Below, piece after piece: positions 24,401 through 36,400 of a stretch of 64,000 bases of DNA. A program made the translations under genes and the position numbers. The notes below the pieces were generated by a model, which was not told the DNA's origin, made no database searches, and saw nothing but the letters and a program-made list of their open reading frames with translations. Numbering within the stretch: position 1 is the first letter of the stretch; every line of letters starts with the position of its first letter. Source of the DNA: Aplysia californica (taxonomy: Eukaryota); contig NW_004797380.1 in the NCBI RefSeq assembly GCF_000002075.1, forward strand, positions 299,512-363,511. Reading direction: 5' to 3'.

Positions 24401-27400
24401 TAAAAATAGTCCTTAAGACAGCTTTTTCTTCATCAACTGAGCAAAACAGCGTGAAGCTCTTTCCCCGGAAGAGTTAATATTGGTTGTGGATGAAGGAGCC
24501 TGTGGCCCAGATTCTACGTTTTGGTAAACTCTGAAAGCTGGAGAGTTATTTGCATATGAGGCCCTATCAAGGATGAAAGAGAATTTGCCGTTCAGTCTCG
24601 CCGTTTTTGCCCAAAGGAGGGGGGGGGGGGGGGTGCCGAATTGTAACATAAAATCAGTAGAAGATAATATAGTGCCAATGGTTTGTATATAATAAAGAAT
24701 TAAGATTTTGTGCATAATTTGAATAATAATAGAGTCAGATACAGCATATTAGCTCTGTCAAACACAAGTGTAGTAGAGTCAGATACCAGTGTGTAATACA
24801 GTCAGATATCAGTGTAGCAGAGTCAGATACCAGTGTAGTTGAGTGAGCCAGATTCCAGTGTAGTAGAGTCAGATACCACATAGTAGAGTGGGTCAGATAC
24901 ATACTCATTAAAATAGCTATAAATGGTGAAAACCACTTTAGACAAACTATCATTGTGTCCAAGTGTTGATAACAAGCATTAAAAATCATGTTATTAAGCT
25001 TGCAAAGAAACAAATGTGATAATAATTGACAATGACCGAATGTCCAAATACTGCCCGAATCCATGAGAAAACCAAAAAAATGTGACTGAGCACGTAAATA
25101 AATCAGGCATCACTTTTGCACCCAGAAAGGGCCTCAAATATCCCGAACAAGCTCAAACAGTACATTCCTTGGGTCATCCAATCACAGGGCTTCAAGTAGC
25201 TGGTTTTGGTTTGTCTCTAGGGCAAGGCAGGTAGGGGAATAAAGCTTTAAAGTCGACGTGCCTGTTTTCGTCCTAATTTTGACCGAACCGGTAATTTTAC
25301 TCTTGATCTAGATCTAGATTTCTAGGTGTAATTTTATACTTACACTCCTTTTTTTGGTTTTCATTTGTTGTGTGTGTGCGTGCAGGTATGAATAGGACAG
25401 GAACCGCACCAACTACTATTGGGTAAATGCCTCTGGTAGTTTTCATATTTGTCTTTTTTTTGTTCTTTGTCATTTTCTACATTTGTTGGAAGTCGCAAAC
25501 ACATTCATGCATATTTGATGTGGGTCAAAATATTGATAAGGGTCCCAAGTTAAGTATGCGACAGGTGGTAATATAACCTACTACAGATTTTTTAGGTCAA
25601 CTACAGATTTTTGGACAAAAATTTGTGTCCAACTACAGATTTTGGCCCAGGCAATGTTGGCAGGTATGGGTTTGGGGCAAATTGTCGACTTCATATATTA
25701 TCCTTGGAAATGCCTTTTAAAGGGGAATTTAAAAATGTTAGAGAGACTGCAAACTGCAAAGGCTTATGTGAAAAAAGTTATTTAATAAAATGTAACCTTA
25801 ACTTGGTGCAAACAACGCACCATGAGTATCACCAAATTTGGTATAATAAAACATTTTGTCGAATTCACTGGCCACAAAAGTCATTATCAGTTTTGCCAAC
25901 CTTCCCGAATTTTTCGAGAAATTCCCGAATTGCTATCGTCGTTCCCGAACCTTTCCCGAAACGGCCTCTCTCTCTCTCTGTTTGTCCACTGGTTTGAACT
26001 GTGTTTGTGGTGTGGGGGCTTTTTTTAGAAGCTTTATCACAGAAGTGTGTGTCTGTGGCGCTCCGGCGCTATCAAAATTCCAGAATTCAGTGTCTCAAAA
26101 GTTGGCCAGTCTGCAATATGCATACAATATGAAAATACTAAAAATAAAAATAAACAATAGAAAAAGGAAATAACAAAAAGAAAAAGAAATCAGTTGAAAA
26201 AATGTCTCCCAATGTCGGAACAGCCTATAAGACCTCGAAATCATCATCGGCACCGATCTGGACGACTCAAAAGCGTTTATCGGCATCAAACAAGACAATC
26301 ACAAAAGAATGTGCTATTTTTGTCCCTTACATCATTTGTTTACTTCCTGCATGTGCTGCACATTGTGTTGCAGTCTTTTAATCAATATAAACCTAATAGA
26401 AATGACAAATAAACGCGTGTGAATGGGTTGGATTTGTTATGGATTCTGACATTGGTGTGCTTCGGACGGAAGAGACTTAGTACAGAAAAAAACTTGGAAA
26501 ACAAAACAAAGCATCCGCCTCACCGAAAAGGATGCTAAAGAATAAAAGAATGGCTTCAAATGGATATGTAGTTTTTAGCCTCGGCTTCGCGGAAAGTCCT
26601 CGTGATTTTCCGTAAATCTCCTAGAAATGCAGAGCTCGACTGTAAGATGTCCGAGACTCAGCGGGAGGGTTGCGTCACAAACGACTCGAATCTACTAATA
26701 TAATTTCTGTTATTTTCGCAAATTACATCTAAAACTGATGCAGAAATGAGCATCGCGTAGTCTGAGCATAAAAACTTACATGCGAGTGCATAATGCCGTA
26801 CAGATTTCTAAAACCGGAGAAGTTGCCCCGTTTGTGCGGTTTTTCCTTTTGTTTAAAAAACTCGGAGGAGCTGCAGATTTGTCACCGACTAGACTGGCGC
26901 CACTGTTCTTAGAATTTACTTATCTTTCATTTAAGCTTGTTTAAAAGCAATTTTTGCCTGGTTTATTAAAAGTTGTATTTCTAACTTTTTATGTGCCTGA
27001 ATGATTTTTGTTTTGAGTGATATATTCTGACTACATCTTATTTTAACACTAAATTCATCAATGTATTGTAGAATGCCACCATTTGGACGACCCCCGATGA
27101 ATAGGTTCAGAGGACCTGGGGGACCAATGGGAATGCGGGGCCCTCCCATGGGGATGAGAGGGCCGCCGGGGATGAGAGGACCACCGAGAGGACCTCCTTT
27201 TGGGAGGCCTCCCTTTGACCCAAACTTTGGTCCTCCTGGTATGGGGCCACCTAATCAAGGAATGCGGCCACCTATCAATGGACCTGGACCAGGCCCCGGT
27301 GGACCAATGATGGGAGGACCACCAGGTATGGGTCCAAATGGACCAGGGCCAATGGGACCCAATGGGCCTGGGCCCGGGCCCATGGGACCCAACGGTCCTC

Positions 27401-30400
27401 CTGGACCTGGCCCTATGGGGCCTCCTGGACCCATGGGGCCTAATGGGCCTGGACCTGGACCAGGGCCTATGGGACCACCTGGGATGCCTCCACCTGGCAT
27501 GGGCCCCCAAGGAATGGTGAGAAATGTTCAACTTTGGTCTTTTTGTGATTTGTGATAGTTTATTCTGAGATGCAATATGTAATGTATTGTATTAGAACCA
27601 GAAACTCTTGAGGGTAAAATCTCTACTCAGAAGAAAATTGATCTTTATTTTTTAATCAGGGATGCTGGGGTATTTTTTCCCAGTTTTTTTTTCATTATTT
27701 CTGTCATTTTTATTGGAATCTGTCTCCAAAGCCATAAGAACAGGTATAATTATTCCTAGCATTTATTTTCTGTTTAACCAATTGGTTGTCGATCAAGTAG
27801 CTTTTTGTGTGTAAATATAAATTTTCGGTTATTTTCATAAAATCTCAGTGGCATCCCTGCTATGTTCTCAAAGAAAATAACTTTTTTGTGAAGAAACACA
27901 AGTAGGTTGCTGTAGCTAGCTTCACTTTTTATTCTCTTCACGTATGTTTTCCTTCCTCATCCGTTCTTTCTAAAGTAAATTTACTTTTTTGTTTGTTTCA
28001 GGGAATGAACCCAAATAATGTGAGTTGATTTACAGTTTTTCCACTTTAGAGTTTGGTTTTCAAAATTGTCCCTGTTGAAATTTTGTTTTGTTTGTGAGGA
28101 TTTTTGTTCCTGGCACTGTCTATTTTATCAATTATAAGATTTTTATTTTTTTTTGGTAAACATAATAAAGTAGTTGGAGGATATTGTTATTCGATTTTTC
28201 TTCCTCCCAACTCTTTTAGAGCAATATGTGGCTGTTACCAATTCTATAAACAAATAGTACCAGTGCACTTATTTTTGGGGTTCATAAAGTGTTATGTGTA
28301 TGTTGCACAAGCATGCTGTGGTATTATTGTGCAAGCAATACAATAGTTGAAGGTATCATTTCGGTAAACATAAAACACGGTATAATTAACTTTTCTTGTT
28401 ATTGTCAGATTCATGCTTTGAAAATACATGTGTATAATTATGGGTACGAGGTATTCTGTTCTGAGCAAGGTCATATGTTTGAAGAAATTGATCAAATGGG
28501 AAAATATAGAATTTTTATAGGAGCTTCTAATTGTTACGGTGGATCATTAGTTATATATAATAGGACTGGTTTTACTTTTTCATGTTCATAGTTTTTTTTC
28601 TAAGCATTAAATGTGTTTTTCTTTCAGCGTCCAATGATCCCGCCCCCGAATTTCCCACCTCCAAATTTTTCCATGCCGCCTCCTGGATTTGGAGCTGGTA
28701 TGCCTCCGGCAATGATGGGGATGACAGTTCCCCCTCCAGTACCACAGAACTTGCCTCCACTCGACCCCACAACCCAAGACATCTGGGTAGAAACTAAATC
28801 TCCAGAAGGGAAGGTAAATAACCTTATTTTTAAATTGTTTTTTTTTTTTTTAGTCATGGTATTTTGTTTACAGCAGTTTATGGGGATATCTTTTATTCTG
28901 TTTTCATGGAGTAGTACTCCTTCTTTTCTGACATCTGTCATCCTTATCTCTCCTCCTTTTCTATATGTTACTCTTAGGCACTTTTATGACCTACTTGTGT
29001 CGCAAGTGTCGTGTAACTCAAAATAAAAACTAAATTGGCTAAATTTCAGTATCCTAACATTTACATTAAAAGTTACAGAGTATGTGATTTTTTTAGATGT
29101 GTAGAAAACTCTGGTAGGTAGTATACTGATCTTAGTTAAGACTGGCAGTGAGTTGGTTAAAATCATGTTTCAATTTTAGTCAAGTTTCGGAATACAGAGG
29201 TGATTTGTTTTGCAAGTGGGGCATGCTACTCCTAATCTCATTCCCCAATCTGGGGGACTAGGTGAACTATTTGCGTAGGCCAAACATCAAACTTATTTTT
29301 TCTGTGGCTAATGAACACTTGAATTTATTAGTAATTTTGTCGGTGTTTTGTTTCTTTTTAGGTGTATTACTATAGTGCACGTACTCGAGAAGCTGCATGG
29401 TCCAAGCCGGAAAATGCTAGGATTGTGTCACAGGTGGAATGGGAGGCTTTCCAGACCAGCCAAGCTCAGGCTCAGGGTGGGGTTGCACCTGCTGTGTCTG
29501 GAGGGACCAGTACTGCTGCGCAGGCTGCTGTTGCTCAAGGTAGTTTCATGTAACCAGTCTGACAGTGAAGGAGTTTCCTTCCTTTATTGTTCTTTTCATT
29601 AGTTCTCTGCTTTACAAAAATAATTTTTCTCTGGTTCTGCGAAGTTTGTTATCAGGACTCTACTGTGTTTGTGCATTTTTGTTTTTTGTTGTTGTTATTT
29701 TATGATGACATTTTGCAGGGTTGGTTATGTAGGCCTGATATTTCAAGTTTTGCGAAGGATCAATTGTAATTCAAAATATAAATCTGGTTCTCTTGTGGAA
29801 TTTTTGCATCCCTTACCAGCATTTGCAATTTAGAATTTTGAGTTTTTTTACATGGTTGTGGCTTATTTTATGTCTAGCGCTCCATAAAACTTGAATATTT
29901 CACTCGTGTAATTTTAAGATTCCAAGGAAAGGGAGATTGCATCCATATTTTTTTGGGTCTTTTACAGCTCAAGCTGCTTCCCAGCAAGCACCAGTTGGGA
30001 ATGCTGACCAGACTACTCTGCCACCACCAGCAGGTATTGTTGTCACACTGTTGACTCTTGTGATCATTATCCTTGTCATTATTTTAAGGGGCAGTTGAAA
30101 TGATGCAAATTAGACCTGCATGTTTGCCGACAATCGTCTGGAATCCGACAATCGTGACCTGGCTGATGCTATCGCTAGGCCCACCTGTATTCGTCAATGT
30201 TGCGAAGTGCGAGGCCTGGCCTATTGCCAGTACTCCCCACCCCCTTTTCTCCGGTCGGCTTTGTCTGCACTTTCGTTTTTGTGCTGACATCAGTGTTTCC
30301 GACATAATTGTCGGAACCTGAAGTAGAAATACGAATATGAAAAAGGGCGACGACGTAAATTAGATCTTCTTTCAGTTTCGTGCTCGTGGCCATTTTGAAT

Positions 30401-33400
30401 TTCGTCTGTTTACCGATTGTTCTGATGTGGATTCATTCAAGGCCTACTCACTTGTTCTACTAGATCTAGATTTATATGGATCTAGACCTCAATGGAGGAT
30501 TCATATTCCAATTCTACTGTGTCAAACCCAATTATAGGTTGTGCTGTAATTGTAATGTTAATGTTGGTAAAAGTGCATTTCATCAGGTGCGTAAATTATA
30601 AGATCTTCTGGAATCTAGACTCAGCTGAGTCCCCCTTCCCTCTGTTCGGATGCGGATTTCGTTCAAGGCCTATTCCTATTCACTTGTTCTACTAAATATA
30701 AATTTATCTATATTACTATATGGAGGATTCACATTCCAGTTCGATGTTGTTATTGTATCAAACCCTTTATTACAATAGAAGGCCACTATAGCAGCTCCTT
30801 GTGTGTTTTGGGGTGTGTTGTTTATGGGGGGGAATGGATTTGGGGGGGGGGGGGTGCGCAAAATTTTCAATCTGGTTGAGGCTCACATGCAGGTCTATGC
30901 AAATGTTTTTCCGAAATTGCACCCTGTCAACTGTTTTGTGTGTTGAGATTTATATCATTGCCCTTGTGATTAGACCCAACAAACCCACAAAATGTCAAAA
31001 TAAAAAAAGATATGACTAATTGATAGTCCATCATTTCAAATTTGGTGGAATTGTTATGATTGAAAAGAAAATAATTAACAAAAATATGATCATGATACTC
31101 CTGATTCCGATTTTGAAAATTTCATTTCCTGTTTGGCCACCCCCACCCTTCTCCACCTACTGGGTGTATAAAGAAGAAAAACAATCGGAACCCGACTGTC
31201 GGACAGTCTGCATGACTACATCACATGCTGTCTAACTTTAACAATATTTATTATTTCTGTGCAGAGAGGCTTTGTAGTTGCTCAGCTCCACTTTGCCTGT
31301 AGGAAAACATTACTTGTGCCAAAGCCAGGAGTAAGACCAACCTTAGTTTGACAAGATGTTAAAAAATTGCTTGTGCTTTTGCTCCATGGGTGACAGCCAA
31401 GGTCAATTACTGATGCGCTACCATAGCCAATGAGGTTTTACCGAGGCGTGGTTATTGCTAGTTGATCAAAGTTTGTGACTTGGCCTGTCGGTTACTTTTA
31501 TTTTTTTGATTTTGTGAGAGCCATGTTGATAGCAAATAATCACACACACTCCCCCTGCTCCCTTTTTTCCCCCCTTTAACTCGACGAGGATTACACTGAG
31601 ACCTGTTTCATCACACCTCTGTTTACGTGGTACATTCATCCTACAACCCCTGTCCTTGACATCCAGGGGAAATAGACTTTCCATGGCCGTATTACGATTT
31701 TTATCTTGCATTTCTCTTCATTTCTTCTTCTTCGCTCTGTCTGCTTTTGAATTACCCTTGATAATGGTTATAAAATTCCTGACCCCCCCGTCCCCCGCAA
31801 GGGATTTGTTTCTTTTTGATGAGTGGGAAGCATGAAATCATCTGTTTCATATGTTCTGTCTAAGACAGGCCTGAAGAAATGGTTCTTGTATGTAGGAAAT
31901 AAGGCTTTCCTCCAGGTTGCTGCAAGTTGGTTTTTTTGTTTTAAATTTCTGTCAGATTTTCTCTTCTAGATTAGCTGGTTTTGTCACAAAGGCAATGATA
32001 GAGTAAACAGAAAACTGTTTAAAAAAAAAGAAATACTTGACTGTCCTCAGCGTATAGGTTAGCATATCTGATGTACAAAGTGGGGCAAAACATTTTACTT
32101 CGAGTTGATATGTTAATGTGTTGTTGGGCTTAGGTGAAGCTTTCGGATATGCTTAATGAAAAACTAAAATTGTTCATGAAACCCATGGCTTTTTTTTTAG
32201 ATGTCTTTTGGTCTCCTTTTTCATGCAGGTGGCAAGAGAGTGGAACTGATAGATCCTACTTCTTTGTTTTCCCTCTAATTTCTATTTGCCTTGCTCTTTC
32301 CCAGCTCTAAATAATTGTTCTGGTGTTTATGTGCTTCTCACTCAAACCTTTTTCATTTTTTGCCAGGGTTTGGTACTTAAGTCTCAATTTTTTTTTTTTT
32401 ATTATTATTTTTTCAGTACGTTTATCATTCAACAAAAAGGACGCTCTTGGTTTCATTTCATTTCATTTTTGTTATTTGTTTGCTTATGCTCACTGGCATT
32501 TCTGATAAAGCAATCTTCTACATTAAAATACCTTCAGAAAGTGTACTCCTTTGCTTCAGTTCTAGTCATTTATTAAATTTTTTGTCTAGAAGTTGATTTA
32601 CTCCTGTTTCTTCCACAGCTGCACCAACGCCAGCTTTCAACCCAAGCCTTTTACCGCCAGGATTTATGAACCCATTCATGCCCCAGCCAGCTGCAGCAAC
32701 TGCAGCTCCAGCTGCCGTAACTACAGCTCCAGCCACAGCAACAGCGCCTCCGACTGAAGCACCTGCTCCTATTGCAAAGGACGCCACTGTTCAGAAACCC
32801 CCATCATCTCAGGTATTGCTTTAAAGCTTTGACTTTTTATTGCTGAGGGTTATGTTTTATAAAGTTTTGTCTCTGAAATGTTGTGAAGTGGAAAGGGTTA
32901 TGATTTTTTTAAAGTTTTGTTTCTGAAATGTGAAGCAGAAAAGGTGATAAAAGTTTTGAAATGTGTTAAAATTGAAAAGTTCTCTCCATTTTGATGCTTG
33001 AATCTCCTGTTTCATTAGTTCAAGACAATATAAAGTCTTTGTGGACAAGCTTATGAAATTTAGTTTCAATAAACCAGTAGTTCAGCAATGCAAATCGGGT
33101 TTGCGTACGTGGCAAAAGTTTGATCGTCGTTTGCGGGTGTATTTTTGGACTGGATCAGGATGTGGGTGACTAACTTTCTCAAACTCAGTCGGCTCTATTT
33201 CTGGACCAATGTGAATGAAACTTGGCAACCAATCAGAAAATGGGGCAACCTAATTATATGTGTACGTTGAAGTTTGTACACATAAATTAACCGATATTTT
33301 TGGTCTCGGGAACACTTTTGTATCGGGTATTCAATAAACTACAAGGAGCTTGATTTTCAAGTCTAGAAGGTAAGAGATCTATCTTTCCTCAATAGTGTCC

Positions 33401-36400
33401 TCAAATTTGAAAGTTCTACTTCAAGTAGTTGTTTAAAATTTATTATAAATGTACCACTACCCCCCTGTCAAAAGCGGCTTCGCTGGGAGACGGGCCTTTT
33501 TTCCCCGCACACCCTTGGCAAATGTATGTGACCTGCAAATGCCCGTATGATTATTCCGGGCTCGCTCATTGGTCACTTGAAATAGGGCAATGGTGGGTGT
33601 GGGCATCTTGTTGTTTTTCTCTCTGTTCCCCTGTAACATTGTTATGGGGGTATTCCGAGGCAAGCTCATCTGGCTTCGGAGTGTTCGCGTCTCAACAGAA
33701 AAAAAAAGGTTTTTAATTTTACGTCATGTTAGATTGAATTGAATTATATTTTATGGTTGGCATGGTCTAAAGTCATCAAAGAAAGTTTTGCCATTATTTA
33801 GTCGCGCTTCCAACATATGTGTGTGTGCCTAAAGAAAGGTACCAACAGTCAGATTTTGACCATTTTTGAGTTAATAGTTACTAGTTGTACCTAATAGGAA
33901 ATTCAACACTGAACATAGGGATCTTTGAATTTCTTAGATATCTCATGTAGTTTTTGAGAAAATGAGCTTTTTTGTTTTAAAAACGTGAGAACACTTACAA
34001 ACTTTGAAATAACGATTTTTTAAATGTATTTATTCATGGAAAACTCATTTCCAATTTGGCATTCTGTTGGCATCAATATCATGAATGGAATTCAATGGTA
34101 AAACATAACAGGGAAGAGAAACGTGCTTCAAAAATAGATTTTAACACCTTTCAAAAGCTGTTTTCATTATTTGTTTTTGTTATACCCTACCCTCAAAATA
34201 ATTCAAAATAAAATATTTAGAAGTCAAATCAATGAAAACCCTTTGAGCACATTGTAAAAAAATGGATCTACCATTTTTTATGGAAACACATTTTGGTCAA
34301 AACAGTGATTTTTGTAATTATCAACCTGTAGCTTGAAACAGTCTGGGGCGACTTTTGGTACCTTTCTCTATGCGCACACACATATTCTTAAAGATCCCAT
34401 GTTGTAATATGATGCTATTTATAAATAAAATGCTATCGTCCCGACAACTGTCTTTCTCAAAATGGTAATATTTATACCAAAATTTTAATTACAACAAAAT
34501 AAATACGAAAGGGTTTGTGAAATTGACCGCAAAGATGATTTCTCCACCCAAAAACACGTTGAGTAGCCAAGTTTTTTCCAACACCCCAATAAAATACTGA
34601 GATGTTGCGGATTTTCTTTCAGAATCTATTGTTACGTGGTCCACTTTTTAGGAATATTTTGCTATATATGGGTCATCTCTATTTTGCTGGACTTAACAAC
34701 CTTATAACTTTTTAAATATATGAACCAATTCCTGAAATTCAAAAGGCATAATTCTTAGAATAGAAAACCCTTTCTTAGGTACCAAATGAAAAAGGGCGCA
34801 AGCGAAAAATAAATTTTCATTTGCATCGCTAAATAGTTAGGTGTTTTGGATGTGGATGTAGATATAGTTTATATTTAGATGCACATAGTGGTGTAAGGCG
34901 GTTTGATAGTTTAATTTTAAGTTCCTTATTGTCTATAAATATTTGTAAACATGTGTATCAAACATATTTTTTTCAGCTTCCGCCAAAGCCCCCTGAAGTT
35001 GCAGAATGGTCAGAGCACAAAAATGCAGATGGCAAGAGTTACTACTATAATTCTCGAACACTTGAATCAACATGGGATAAACCTCAGCCCCTTGTGGACT
35101 GGGAAGGTGTGTGAAATAAAATGTCCTCTTTATAAAGTTCTAAGGTTTGGTACTGTTTGCTAGTTTGACAAGAACTTTATTTTAAACCAGCGTCTCTGCT
35201 TGCAAATTTGAATCCTGTTTCTATCACAGTGATGAAGTGGTGGAACAAAAGTCTTTCATCTGTTTAGTGTTTATGCAAAAATAAAATAAAAGCAACAGAA
35301 ATGTGTTTTTTTTAGGAGACTGCTGAGAATATCTTGGATGAAAAAGAAATCAAATAAGGTAGTCAGGGTGACTGCCTGGCCCCGGGAATTGGAATAAAAT
35401 CGCGGGTACCTGGGAAAGACCCGGAAAAATACATAAAGTTCTTTAACCAGTGCTTCCACTCTTCCGTATTTTTACGGAAATCCGTACTTTCTGCTAGTTC
35501 CGTACTTGTTCCTCCATCATCATCAACTGCCTCCGTAAAAATCTGCGACAGCGTAGGACTACCGAAATTCCGTAGCAAAAGATCCGTACTCGCCTTCGTA
35601 TGTCTTGTATAAGTTACGGATATTTACGGTAATTCTCTCGGCAATAGTTTATGCTATAGAAACCTGCCAGATTGCGCATTTCCTGCAATCGGCCATTATT
35701 CTACTCTGCCCCATGCATTCATTGCAGGCTTGTCGGCAGTACATTTTTTACCTGCAGATTGATCAAAATCTGGCGCACTTTTTGTGCCACTTTCCTCCTT
35801 TCTATCATTCCCTCATTCCGTCTGTCTATCTTCGGGTTGTTGCCGCGGCTGGAAGAATCTGCGCGTTGATCAAGTATATTGACATGTGATCTTAGACAGA
35901 AAATTACTGTCAGAAAGAATTTTTTTTGCAAATTTATTGTCTAGATTCTAGATCTAGAGAAATTATCATTGCGAAGATTCGGACGAGCGACAGTCGTTCT
36001 AACCCTTACACAACTACATGTAAACTGCGGTGGCAAGACTAACATACGGCCGTTGTCGTTGCTTTAGTCTGAACGCATTATGAGGGATAAGAGATTTGTT
36101 GGTACATTTGTTCGGTCGCCCCCCCGTCGTTATCCTGGAAGTAGAACGACTGTTTCTCATCCGAGTGTTTTGTGTGAACGTGCAGTTAGTCGGACCTGTT
36201 AGTAAAATTGTTTCAATCGCGCATATGCATCACGTGACATGACATCGCCGTGTGAGTTCTGCGTGTCGGGGACCGTCCGTTGACGGGGTCAACCTAAGTT
36301 CATGTATTTCGGGACTTATTTGTTGGAGGGGGGGGGGGGTAGAGACTTTTGGACTAGGAGTGCTGAACGTGATGCTTCAGGATTTACAAAAAAATAATAA

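Noticed and set aside
24731-24900. CRISPR-like array
   Set aside because: Contiguous degenerate minisatellite without unique spacers, in a eukaryotic intron.
27061-27555. Collagen-like standalone gene
   Set aside because: No sustained Gly-X-Y register or signal peptide; it splices in frame as TCERG1 exon 2.
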